Positions 52,666 through 64,000 are shown, counted from the first letter of the stretch. The stretch: 64,000 bases of DNA from Octopus sinensis (GCF_006345805.1 NC_042997.1:71114001-71178000), one strand, 5' to 3'. A program made the numbers and translations. Notes: generated from the letters alone by a model not told the origin.

Positions 52666-54669
52666 TTACTACAGGAGAGTTCTTGCTACTTGGAAGTCAC
52701 GCCTTTCGACGTAAAATATTTAGCGTTTGAAGCTCGACTACAGGTAGGCGTTTGTTTTATTTTTGAGGGCTTAGTGGAGATTTATTGTTCTGTTATTAAT
52801 AAGCTTTGTTGAGCAACAGTCTCCACTCTGCTCCAGACATTTGCCTGTCTGTGGTCGTGTGAAAAGACTCACCTTGCAGTGAGAATTGTGTTTTTGAGGA
52901 GGCGTATCCCCTCCGCAAAACTTTTTTTGTGAAAATTGTATTTGTGTGACTGTGTTCGTGCCCTGGAAATTCCATTGGATTTACCACAAGCAAGGAATAC
53001 GAAGGCAAGAAGGATTAATTTATGTGCTGCGACTGGAGTACCTGTTTTCTTGCGGATTACCGAAGTGGCGGAATTGTGTTGCGTGAAATGAACTGCCTTC
53101 TTTCGTTCTTTTTCTCTGTTCTGTCTTCTGTTCTTTTTTTTTTAGTGTTTTTATTGAACATTTATTTATTAAACTTTCTGTTGAACTCTTTTCCCTTCTT
53201 TGTTTTTGCAATCATGGCAACAAAGAAAACCACTGTACTGGAGTGGGAAATTTTTTCCCCTAAGCAATGAATAAAGTACCGTAATGAGAGAATGGTGTTG
53301 TTGAGGACATACTCCAAGTCCGTCGGCACCATCAGTGTGTTCCCTCAAGTAGAAATAGAAAAAGAGTTGACAGAATCAAGTTTATTGCAAGGGGTGTCAA
53401 ATTTGCAACAGTGTGGTTGATGTTTGACACCCCTGAGGAGTCTAGCATTTTCACTAGCCAACCCCTGGAAGGGGAAATAATTTTGTTTCTCCCCACATAC
53501 CGTGGGAGAAAATTGATTTGAGCCTGGGTGTGTCGGCTGCCGCCCGGATTTGAAGCCGAGTGGATAGAAGACACTATCCGCCGGGGTCTGGGTAGCAGTG
53601 GAACCAGGCTCTTAAATGTTAGATTGCTTCCTGTGGCTGCTTGGGAGGGGTCGAAAGCAATTTTGACCCTATGGACCCAATCAGCCAAAGATCTGGTTTT
53701 TCCAGATTTCTTAAAGATGGCCAGTTCTAGGTATCCGGTTATTCTTGAGGGACGCTCCCCAAGTCTCCCCTGTACCTGGAATTGGGCCACATGAAGAGGA
53801 ACTTCCCCAAGAACCAAGCAAAGGCACTGGAGCAGTTAATTGAAGAAGATCTCCCTGTCGCCCCAAGAGAGGCTCCTGATTATCTAACGGAGGGAGAAGA
53901 AGAAAGGAAAAGAAAGAAAGAAGGTGGGCAACAATGGTTGCCCGCTGATGGATTCTGAGGCTGCGGGAGAGAGGGAGGGACTCCCGGGTAAGTTGGAGAA
54001 ACCCCACCCTCCAGTCGAGAAGAGAAAAACAAGAAGAAGAAAAAAAAATGGGACATCACTGGCAGTTGACGATCAACTGCCAGCATGCTCCGAAACTCAG
54101 TCGGTGGGAAGTGTGCCCCCGACAGAGGGAGCAGTGGCCCCTCCCAGAAGGAGGATAGATAAGTTTGCCATAATCTTTGAGAAGGGAGGGGCGATAGAAA
54201 GCTTCCTAAGGAAGCGAGAAGGTTGGACGGAGGAGCCCTTAGCCTGGACCGAAAACCCGAATTGGCCTTCGTAGGTGACTGCGAAGGTCATATCAGAGGT
54301 CAGCATGTCCATAGTGTTGGGCTCCTTTACGAAGTACTTGTTTAGAGTCGATTTTTGGGACCCCAACCGGGATCCGAAGCAGTAACTATGGGCAGCTCAC
54401 AGCCTGGTCGGGAGCCAAGAAGAATAGGCTTAGCGCCGACATATGTAAATTTTATATTTCTAGATTAATATTGTTGTCATTTTTGTAAGAGGTTCATTGC
54501 CTCATGTAATGATTTATTAAAGAACAATGTTATAGAGAAGCAGAGGGTCGGCGAGCGCTTTCTGTCTTCTCTCACCCTTGTATCATTATCATTCATTTCA
54601 TTAATGTCTTGTCTAACCCGCAAAGGTACCTAATCTATGTACTGTCTTGATGACAAATTTAATGAAATA
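52666..54669 (+). mobile_element. Tx1/L1-like non-autonomous ORF1-only retroelement (2004 bp) with 16-bp target site duplication
   Basis: TSD aagtagcttgcctacc 52650-65 / aagtagcttgcttacc 54670-85; gag-like ORF1 remnant; no endonuclease or RT; 3' end ..gaaataa. Confidence 0.8.
53214..54420 (+). pseudogene. ORF1 (gag-like, CCHC-knuckle remnant) pseudogene
   Basis: MATKKT..ARGVKFATVWLMFDTPEE..FLPTYRGRK..RLPPGFEAEW..VILEGRSP/..LELGHMKRNFP (GRxPxCxxCxxxGHxxxxCP-like), then charged low-complexity tail; stops and frameshifts. Confidence 0.65.
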
Positions 54670-54985
54670 AAGTAGCTTGCTTACCAAGCACATGGTTACG
54701 GGTTCAGTGACACCTTGGGAAAGTGTCTTCTTCTAAAGCCTCGGGCCGACCAAAGCCTTGTGAGTGGATTTGGTAAACGGAAACTGAAAGAAGCCCATCG
54801 TGTGTGTGTGTATGTTTGTGTGTCTGTGTTTGTCCTCCAACATCGCGTGACAACCGATGCTGGTGTGTTTACGTCCTTGTAACTTAGCTGTTCGGCAAAA
54901 GAAACCGATAGAATAAATACTAGGCTTACAAAGAATAAGTCCTGGGGTCGATTTGTTCGGTCAAATGACTAAAACAATTAAAAGA
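54670..54985 (+). mobile_element. SINE family 2, 3' piece of the split copy
   Basis: aagtagcttgcttaccaagcacatggttacgggttcag..through tail aaagaata. Confidence 0.85.
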
Positions 54986-55533
54986 ATATATGTGTATATA
55001 TAAAATGTATGTATATACATATATACATATATATTTATATATATTATATATGTATGTATATATGTATATATATATGTGTGTGTGTGTATTTATATATATA
55101 TATATGTGTGTGTGTGTATGTATATAGGTATGTATGTATGTATGTATGTATATATGCATGTATATGCATATGTACATGCATACAATTATAAATTCAAGGT
55201 TTTGAATTTTAATTTCCCTAATATATTTCTTTCTCTTTTACTGTTAGTAAAAATAAAGACCAGTCTATAAATAAATTAGGTTCACCTCTACACATTTCCA
55301 CCTCCCCTTCTCTCTCTAGATCTTTTTATCATTTCTGTTGCCCTACCTCTAAATTTCGCCCACTGTCAATCTTCAACTTCCGTTATGGGTAAAATTTGCC
55401 AATTATGGTTCATCATATAACGGATATACACACTCAATTACAACCACTGCAATTTGTAAAATGGGCTCCGTTTTTTTTTATACCATTAACGGTTAGACTA
55501 TTGCATATATTTCTATACACACAGCCACACAGA

Positions 55534-55576
<43 letters not shown>

Positions 55577-55653
55577 ACATACACGTTACGCGCAAATGCA
55601 TATATATTTGCGTGTATACATGTAAATTTGTGCGTGTATATATATATATATAG

Positions 55654-56070
55654 AGAGTGGTTGTATACTGTCAATTTAACGTGACAGTCCCGTATGGGAA
55701 ATACATCACCGCTGTTTAGCCCTAGGAAACATCGACATCTCCTGTCAGATTTGACACATTTTCTGTGTCCTTATATTTGTGATGGGGAGGCAAGCACCCC
55801 TACCAGCCAAGATTCACACCTGAGGACATGCATGTTTCTGGGTCTTAACCCGTCATCAGCCCAGGATAGTGAGATCTGCTGATTGAGGTGCCTTCACAAA
55901 TATAAGGACACAGAAAATGTGTCAAAGCCGACAGGAAGCGTTCGATGCTTCCTAGGGCTAAACAGCGGTGGGGTAATTCCTATACGGGACTGTTACGTTA
56001 AGTTGACAGTATACAACCACTCTATCGCTCCACCACCGCTCATGTCTCTTTGAGACATTTAGAAATTTAA
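55654..56070. mobile_element. Fold-back PLE-terminus insertion with hammerhead in the loop, inside (TA)n
   Basis: Arms 55654-55782 / 55894-56024; about 45-nt right extension; (TA)n on both sides. Confidence 0.8.
55819..55865 (-). ncRNA. Intact type I hammerhead ribozyme
   Basis: Minus strand CCTGGG CTGATGA c GGGT taag ACCC a GAAAC atgcat GTC CTCAGG; stem III palindrome ACATGCATGT. Confidence 0.85.
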
Positions 56071-56104
56071 TATTCCTATTTATATATATATATATATATA
56101 TATT

Positions 56105-56760
56105 GTCAGACAACGTATCAACAGGTCGAATGGTGATCGGCAGTGAGGAAATAGAGGAGATAAAGGAATGTGTCTACCCTGGACAGGAAGTGAATATGTG
56201 CCGAGATATCGAAAAGGAGATCTCACGGAGAGTAAGGGCCGGATCTAAGGTGTTTAATGGCATAAGGGATGTGTTCAAGTGAGGGTTGGACAGGACCACC
56301 CGCGCCAACCTCATCAACAGTACAGTTCTACCTGCAATGTTATATAGTAGTGAAAGAGAGAAGAGCAGAGACTGGTAACGGCTCAAAGAGCCATGGAAAG
56401 TTCATTGCTTCGTATCTCGTTGAGAGAGCACATCAGTAGCGAGATCATCAGAAAGAAGTCCGGCGTGAGAGATGTCATCGCAGATTATACACGCAGCAAG
56501 TTTAGATGGGCTGGACACGTCGTCCGGCTCACCGATAATCGGTGGACCCGCGCAGTTATCGAGTGGTACCCGCGCGAGCGGAAACGACCACCCGGAAGGC
56601 CACCACGGCGGTGAATTTACGATTTCAGGAGGACGATTGAGATCACGTGGATGAGAAAGGCGCGATCCAGAGAGGAGTGGACAGCGTGCTGTGACCGGCG
56701 GTGTCAAATGAACACCTGACGAACTGGTCGGTCAAAGTGATCAAGGTGATCAAGGTGATA
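56105..56760 (+). mobile_element. RTE-clade LINE 3' fragment
   Basis: VYPGQ..EKEISRRVRAG..VLPAMLYSSE..RWAGHVVR..WYPRERKRPPGRPPRR; tail (tgatcaagg)n. Confidence 0.88.
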
Positions 56761-56897
56761 TATATATATATATATTTTTTTTTTTTTCCTAGTTTCAGCT
56801 CAGAGCTGCGGCCATGCTGATGCACGTCCGTTTATATATATAATATATTTATATTCATATATATATTATATATATGTATTCATACATATATATATAT

Positions 56898-56968
<71 letters not shown>

Positions 56969-57424
56969 GTGTGTGTGTGTGTGTCTGTGTATGTATGTAT
57001 ATACTTGTGTGTGTATATATATATATGCATATATATTATATATATATACACACATACATATATATATATATATAGACATATATATGCATATACATACATA
57101 TATATATATACACACATACATACATGTATAGACATATATATATACACATATGTATACATATATATACATATGTATATATAGATAGATATAGATATATGCA
57201 TACATGCATACATGTATACATTAATAGATAGGGATTGCAACACAGTCTCTCAGCCGCTTTCTCACTCATTCTCTCATTCCAACATGCCTGACACATAATA
57301 CTACTAACATAATACACACAAAACTATTAACTGAAAGACCAAAAATTATGCACATATAAATATAGAAACACTTGTTCACTCGTTCGTTATCATTATCCGA
57401 ATGCTAATAGTAATAATAATAATG

Positions 57425-57620
57425 TCAAATTTGGGCACAAGGCCGGCAATCTTGGCGCAAGCGACAAGTCGATTACATTGACCTCAGTGTTACTTAACTC
57501 CGACTTATTTTATGGATCCTGAAAAGATGAAAAGTTATGTCGAGCTCAGAACTAACAGACGGACTGTTAGTGCTGCTAAACATTTTACCCGGCGTGCTAA
57601 CCCTCCGGCGAGCTTGCTGC
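57425..57620 (-). mobile_element. SINE family 1, degraded
   Basis: gggcacaaggcc..gtcgattacattgac..ccggcgtgctaac. Confidence 0.65.
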
Positions 57621-57654
57621 TTTGCTAACTACAGCAACAAAAAGAATAATAATA

Positions 57655-57838
57655 ATCCTTTCTACTATAAGCACAAGGGCTGAAATTGGAGGGAAAGAAA
57701 AAGTCGATTATATCGACCCCAGTACTCAACTGGTACTTAATTTATCGACCCCGAAAGGATGAAAGGCAAAGTCTATATTGGCGGAAACTGAATTTAGAGC
57801 ATGAAGACAGACGTATCAACGATTCTACCAGCCCGCCG
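57655..57838 (-). mobile_element. SINE family 1, internally deleted
   Basis: gtcgattatatcgaccccagtactcaactggtacttaatttatcgaccccgaaaggatgaaaggcaaagtc. Confidence 0.75.
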
Positions 57839-57845
57839 GCTTAAA

Positions 57846-57901
<56 letters not shown>

Positions 57902-58014
57902 TAGTAGAAGATGCCATCAAAGTTACACTGGTATAAAATATACGAAGCCCAGTATACCAGTAATCACGATGGGTATACTTTGAAATCAGAGCGGGAAATA
58001 TACATTTTTGTTCG

Positions 58015-58379
58015 AAGAAGAAGAAGAAGAAGAAGAAGAAGAAGAAGGAGGAGGAGGAGGAGGAGGAGAAGAAGAAGAAGAAGAAGAAGAAGAAGAGAAG
58101 AGAAGAAGAGAAGAAGAAGAAGATGAAGAAGAAGGAGAAGAAGGAGGAGGAGGAGGAGGAGGAGGAGGAGAAGAAGAAGAAGAAGAAGAAGAAGAAGAGA
58201 AGAGAAGAAGAGAAGAAGAAGAAGAAGAAGAGAAGAGAAGAAGAAGAGAAGAGAAGAAGAGAAGAAGAAGAAGAAGAAGGAGAAGAAGGAGGAGGAGGAG
58301 AAGAAGAAGAAGAAGAAGAAGAGAAGAAGAAGAAGAAGAAGAAGAAGAAGAAGAAGAAGAAGAAGAAGAAGAAGAAGAG
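58015..58379. repeat. (GAA)/(GGA)/(GAGAA) polypurine tract
   Basis: About 365 nt purine-only except one T at 58124; (AGT)n at 57845-57905 nearby. Confidence 0.95.
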
Positions 58380-58659
58380 TCGGTAAAGATAGATGAGATT
58401 ACCTCCATAGCTAGTTTTTTTTTTGTGGCGGGGTGAATTGAAAAATTTGTTGTGGACCATCGGTTTGCGGATATTATTCTTTCCTGAAGGCTGTTAACGG
58501 AAGTGCTTCTAAGCCGAAGCTCTTTTCCCCATAGGTTATTCAACAGAAAGCACGGCATATTCAGTCAGGCTATGTGCACTGTGACAAAAGATGGCAACTG
58601 ACGTCCTCCTGCTGATACTCCCTGCTTGTCACCAATCATTGTTGCCGACTTACTTGATC

Positions 58660-58744
58660 GTTACCTGAGATGTTTTATGTTCGAAAAATTGTTCGTTAGC
58701 CGATTTTTTGTAATGAGAGGCGTTCATAATCCGAGGTTCTACTA
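58660..58744 (-). mobile_element. pogo/Tigger-like terminal fragment
   Basis: Minus strand ta-tagtagaacctcggattatgaacgcctctcattac..cggctaacgaac; partner TIR not seen. Confidence 0.5.
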
Positions 58745-58934
58745 TATGTATCTATAATGGCCAGTAAATTAAGAGTTGTAGAGTGACTGAGGGATAAGGA
58801 GAAAAGTAAGACAGAGACACATGGGGAGAACAATACAGACACACTTATAAACATGATATATATATTGTTTCTAAAATATATACATATACGTATGGGGAAT
58901 GTATCTCTATACAATAATAGCTGATGTAAAGGTT

Positions 58935-59200
58935 CGTTGGCTGGCTGGTTGGTTGGTTGATTGATTGGTTGGCTGGTGGGTTGGATGGTTGGTTGGTTTG
59001 TTGTTTGTTTGTTTGTTTGTTTGATTGGTTGGTTGGTTGGCTGGTTGGATATTGGTTGGCTGGTTGGTTTGTTTGTTTGTTGGTTGGTTGGGTGGATGGT
59101 TGGTTGGTTGGTTGGTTGGTTGGCTAGCTCGCTGGCTGGTTGGTTGGTTGGTTGGTTGGTTGGTTGGATAATTGATTGTTGGCTGGCTGGTTGGTTGAAA
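58935..59200. repeat. (TGGT/TTGG/TTTG)n tetranucleotide tract
   Basis: Direct inspection. Confidence 0.95.
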
Positions 59201-59491
59201 GAGGTATACAAACGAGAATTTTCTTTTACTTGATTTTAAGATGATCTTTTATTTTTAATACTTTCTGTCATTAGAATGCGACCATGCTGAGGCACTGCCT
59301 TGAGGAATTGTTTGTCGAATGAATCGACCACAGTATGATTTTTGTAAGCCTAGTATTTATTCAATTGGTCTCTTCTGTCGAAACGCTAGTTCACCGGAAA
59401 GTAAACACATCAACACCACTAGTCAAGCGGTGGTGGAGGATAACCACAGACACACATGCATACAAACACACACACACACACATACATACAC

Positions 59492-59522
<31 letters not shown>

Positions 59523-59523
<1 letters not shown>

Positions 59524-59883
59524 GCGCAGGAGTGGCTGTGTGGTAAGTAGCTTGCTAACCAACCACATGGTTCCGGGTTCAGTCCCACTGCGTGGCATCT
59601 TGGGCAAGTGTCTTCTGCTATAGCCCCGGGCCGACTAATGCCTTGTGAGTGGATTTGGTAGACGGAAACTGAAAGAAGCCTGTCGTATATATGTATATAT
59701 ATATATGTATGTGCTGTGTTTATGTCCCCGTCACTTAGCGGTTCGGCAAAAGAGACCGATAGAATAAGTACTGGGCTTACAAAGAATAAGTCCCGGGGTC
59801 GACTTTCCTCGACTAAAGGCGGTGCTCCAGCATGGCCGCAGTCAATATGACTGAAACAAGTAAAAGAGTAAAGAGTAAAAGAG
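59523..59883 (+). mobile_element. SINE family 2, best-preserved copy
   Basis: A-box-like tggctgtgtgg, B-box-like ggttcagtccc, internal (TA)n, (aaagagt)n tail; uninterrupted target motif aagtagcttgctaacc. Confidence 0.92.
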
Positions 59884-60006
59884 TATATATATACATACAT
59901 TTATTTATATATTACATACACATATATATAATAATATGAATAATATATCTATGCATATATACATACGTATATGTACATACATCCATACGTGTGTATGTAT
60001 ATATAT

Positions 60007-60044
<38 letters not shown>

Positions 60045-60047
60045 GGG

Positions 60048-60446
60048 GTAAAATATGAAAAATCAACGAAAATGCATATTGCAAATAGAAAAAGGCTGTT
60101 TATGACAGGTTGTGACAAATATATACATTTAGATTGACTGAAGTAGTAATACGAGTCATAAAGGCCATTATTATGAGATGATAATAAAGTAAGAGAATAA
60201 AACGAACCAGTGGTTTACGCCGCGAAGGCTATTCATCGTTTGAACAACACCGGTTAATATCATCTCATAATAATGGCTTTTATGACTCGTATTACTACTT
60301 CAGTCAATCTAAATGTATATATTTATCACTACCTGTCATGAACAGCCTTTTGCTATTTGCAATATGCATTTTCGTTAATTTTTCATATTTTACACAATAC
60401 ATTTCCACGTGTATTTTATATTTTCTTCTCGTAACATATTTCTACC

Positions 60447-60450
<4 letters not shown>
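60048..60450. mobile_element. Fold-back PLE terminus, 136-bp arms, inside (TA)n
   Basis: 60048-60183 inverted at 60258-60393; right unit homologous to the 3' end of the PLE at 20985-21180. Confidence 0.85.
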
Positions 60451-60477
<27 letters not shown>

Positions 60478-60489
60478 ATATATATATAT

Positions 60490-61735
60490 TGATAAAACAG
60501 TAAGATAACAAAAGAAAGAAAGAGACCTCAATATTATGTAAATAGAGGAAATTTATCTATATAATATGTTACATTACTCGGTAGTCAAGATAAAACTCTG
60601 AGTTTCAGATGCCGAAGTGGAAATCCACAACACCATCTCTTCGGTTATCTGGCTATTTGAAAACGTTATGAAAAAATACCGTTAAATAAAGAGAAATTAC
60701 TCTGTTATAACTCTGCTTGCCTGCGTACTTATACATCGCTCGCATTTTTCGTCATAAAAATTATATAAAAATACATAAAAAATATATAAAAATATATAAA
60801 ATATATAAATTCTTCTTGGGACATAACATAGAAAGCATGTTCTATCTGTTTTCTTTAGGGGACCAAAAACGTAACAGAAACTTAGTCACATGTGGGCATG
60901 ATCCGAAAAGCTCTGTCCTTGTATTTAGACATGTAGTAGGGTCTAAGCTGCTTTTCCAGTAAGCCATCTCTCCATGTCGCATAGACCGCACCTTCCGCTG
61001 CCGTTAGTATAGGGCTTACATCTGGCCAAAATCTTCCATTGTATGTTATAATCGACACCTTTATCTCTTAAAGACCAAATATGATTAGACAATGTGTCGC
61101 TTTTCTTTTGTTCCAGTGCCTAAAGCTCAAAGTGTGGTTATTGAACCTGGCCTTGAAATTACCCTCTGTAAGGCCCACGTATTTCTTCGTCGAAACGGTG
61201 TCTTTAGTGGTTATAGAGTTTACGGTAGCTTCATATATGATGGTCTTGGACATGCAAGCTCCCTTTAGCGGGCACAATTCTTTATTCCTGCATGAACAGC
61301 TGTTTTCTTCTTGTGTTTTTTGTATGTTATGTTTGATTATGTTTTTAAAATTGGTAGTTGAACTAAAACTAATTTTTAAATTGTGTCTATTGAAGTGTTT
61401 CCTATAAGTATGGTTAACTGGAAAATGTCTCTCTATCAGTGCTAGGAAATATTTACCTATATTGAAGGCCACCTCGGGTGAGTAAGGGGGCGTAAACCAA
61501 TGACCTTCCTATTTCTATTATTCCTTTTCTTTACTGTTGGGCTAGTGATAGGTGTATATTTTTTATTTTATCGCTAAAACCACTATCTTTTAAAGCATTA
61601 TTATAAACTGGGGCAACGCTATTGAAGAAGTTATCATCAGATGAGAGGCTAGAAATCCTCTTACTAATATTTTTAACTAAATTTTTGAATACTATAGGGG
61701 GATAGCCGGAACGATGCGGGAAAATACAAACAACA
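60490..61735 (-). mobile_element. PLE, 5'-truncated (RT thumb, CxC..CPLxGxC linker, GIY-YIG, 3' terminus)
   Basis: KNISKRISSLSSD..YNNALK; CSCRNKELCPLKGAC; IIYEATV..KYVGLTEGNFKARFNNH; TRTELFGSCPH. Confidence 0.9.
60589..60649 (-). ncRNA. Type I hammerhead-like motif (core U4 to C variant)
   Basis: Minus strand GATAA CCGAAGA GATG..CATC t GAAAC tcaga GTT TTATC. Confidence 0.6.
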
Positions 61736-61752
61736 TACATGCATACATACAT

Positions 61753-61789
<37 letters not shown>

Positions 61790-61933
61790 TAAATTAGAGA
61801 TAAAACCAATATTAGGCAAATCAAACAGACGTATACATAGCTTCACATAGATGCATAGGCGCATACACTTACGTAGTCACATACACATGTATGTACGTGT
61901 GTGTGATGTGTGTAAATATATAAATATATGTGC

Positions 61934-61969
<36 letters not shown>

Positions 61970-62229
61970 AATTAGAAAAAAAAACACCTTTTATCAATTC
62001 AAAATGAATAATTAAATTACACCATCTAGAAAATTACATATAATAGAAAAGTTAAAATTAAAATAACAATAAAATGTTAAGTAAATATAATAGGTAGAAA
62101 AACGACACGTGATTCGCTGCTATATTTAAGAAATGATTATAGTAGTAGAGAAATCACTTCGATATAAATATAGTCGTTTATCAGGTTAAAAATAAAATAG
62201 AACAATAAAATAATTAATTCATAAATACA

Positions 62230-62270
<41 letters not shown>

Positions 62271-63557
62271 ATCCTAAATTTACATAAGTGAAAAATAAAA
62301 TAATACTTAAATAATTAAATACTTTAAAATTGAATAAAATACACAAAGCTAGTACAAGTCATTAAATTGTAATCAAAATAAGAGATGTTCCAAATATAGA
62401 CAGACTCCTTAAATAAGCTAACCATATAGTAAATATACATGTGTAGCAACTATAGATTTAATATAAGAATCTATAACAAAGTTGGAAGAAAACGCATGCG
62501 GGTATTCTTCGACTGGATTATATTTTCCAAGGAAAATGTAGGTTGGAATCGTACTTGAAAACATGACAATGTAGCAGTTAATGGAGAAAAACTGGGCTAT
62601 ACTGAATGTGACTTATCATGAGGAAGAGAGAAACATGTAGGTGAATAGTTGAAACTGAGAGCAAAAGGAAAATACGAGAGACACCTGGGTGATTACCTGA
62701 TAAAGGACGTATACTTTTGCCACTATGGATAGTATTAAAGATTTGGTATACGTACAATAATCATTATTTAACTTAGATCAAAATTTTATGTGCCTGACGT
62801 GTTCTACAATTTCTATAGTTTCACGTATTCTCAATACGATTTTCGTTAACAATAATAGAAGTGAGACTCGGAATTAAAAACTTGAAATTATTAGCTTGAT
62901 AAATAGAATATATATATATATCGGCGCTCAAATTTCAATATCGAGTTATTCTTTTTTTTCTCCTGTCTATATACATATTTTGGTATACATTACACGCGCG
63001 CCCGCGCACACACATACATACACATTTACCGTTGTGCGTATGTATGTACGTATGTGATCGTATATTTGAGGTTTTAAATATGAATGGAGGCGCGGGAAGG
63101 AAATTATAAACTAAAGATTTCAGTGCATCTGTGGTAAATATGCTTAGAGTAAAAGAAAATAAAAATCAGGGCAACCGACAATATACAGATAAAATATCAG
63201 TGATTCTTGATCCTTAAGTTTGCTTCTATAAAGTAACAATATCAAACCTATTCTGATTAAGACTAACTTATATTCAGGCAGACGATGCCCTGGTCTATAT
63301 AGTTGTATGCATTTGTCTTTTAGTTTTGTAAATAACTAGTAGGAATTTTTTTTCTGAGTGTGAGTTAGATTCTAATTCTAACCAATCCTGTGACCATGTA
63401 AACTCTCCGATGCTGAGTCATAAAATGCTTCATGAAGATAGAGTGTGATAAACTTACATATTTGAGTTTCTGTTATAAGGATAAAAAACAAACATGCACA
63501 CCCCATTATGTAGCTATGTCTATTTACATGAATATATATATATATATATGTGTGTGT

Positions 63558-63596
<39 letters not shown>

Positions 63597-63846
63597 ATAT
63601 ATATATATATATGTGTGTGTATGTTTACTTATATATGCATATCCAAATGTATGATATATACTATTTATGTACACATGTCTGTGTGTGTTTAGGTGTGGCT
63701 ATGAGGGGAAAGAAGAGAAAGTGGAAGAATTGTTATGTATATATATGGCTTATTACAAAATATTTTTTTCCGTGTGCGTGAGATTATATATGTGTGTATG
63801 TGTGTGTGTGTGCGGGTGTCTGCATGTTTGTATGTATGCATATGTA

Positions 63847-63990
63847 GGGGGTGCGTGGCCCACTGGTTAGGGTATTGCACTCACGATCGCGAGATCTTGG
63901 TATGTTTTGTTCTTGAGCAAGGCACTTCCTCTCATATTGCTCTGCAATTACTTTGACTCTTGAAGTGTACACCGTGCATCTGTACAGGCA
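63847..63990 (+). mobile_element. SINE family 3, degraded
   Basis: gcgtggcccactggttagggtattgcactcacgatcg..gttcttgagcaaggcactt. Confidence 0.6.
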
Positions 63991-64000
63991 ATATATGTTT

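Noticed and set aside
53332-53817. 161-aa minus-strand ORF
   Set aside because: Antisense shadow of the decayed ORF1; diagnostic motifs are on the plus strand.
57825-58558. Long poly-E/R/K and poly-S/F ORFs
   Set aside because: Reading frames of the GAA/GGA tract.
59523-59600. Possible tRNA genes (SINE heads)
   Set aside because: Acceptor and anticodon stems do not pair properly and each head continues into a SINE body.

Overview
AT-rich, microsatellite-dense eukaryotic non-genic or intronic DNA. The SINE families and repeat landscape suggest Octopus or another coleoid cephalopod (inference). I could not support any intact host protein-coding gene; most ORF-track entries are microsatellite translations or transposon fragments. 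Contents: three tRNA-derived SINE families (about 25 copies); three ~1.29 kb D,D34D mariner copies sharing one frameshift; other Tc1/mariner, maT-like, pogo-like, hAT, Kolobok-like and Helitron-like remnants; RTE and RLE-type LINE fragments; and several Penelope-like element (PLE) fragments. Most notable: (1) a ~2.0 kb ORF1-only Tx1/L1-like retroelement inserted with a 16-bp target duplication into the tRNA-like head of a SINE, plus a second diverged copy whose 3' end joins the same SINE nucleotide, suggesting sequence-specific targeting; (2) type I hammerhead ribozyme motifs in PLE termini, two with intact cores and others variant or decayed, some in the loop of fold-back insertions; (3) RLE retrotransposon copies embedded in (CATA)n; (4) a pre-miRNA-like hairpin at 722-795. 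All alignments and translations were done by eye; boundaries of degenerate repeats are approximate.
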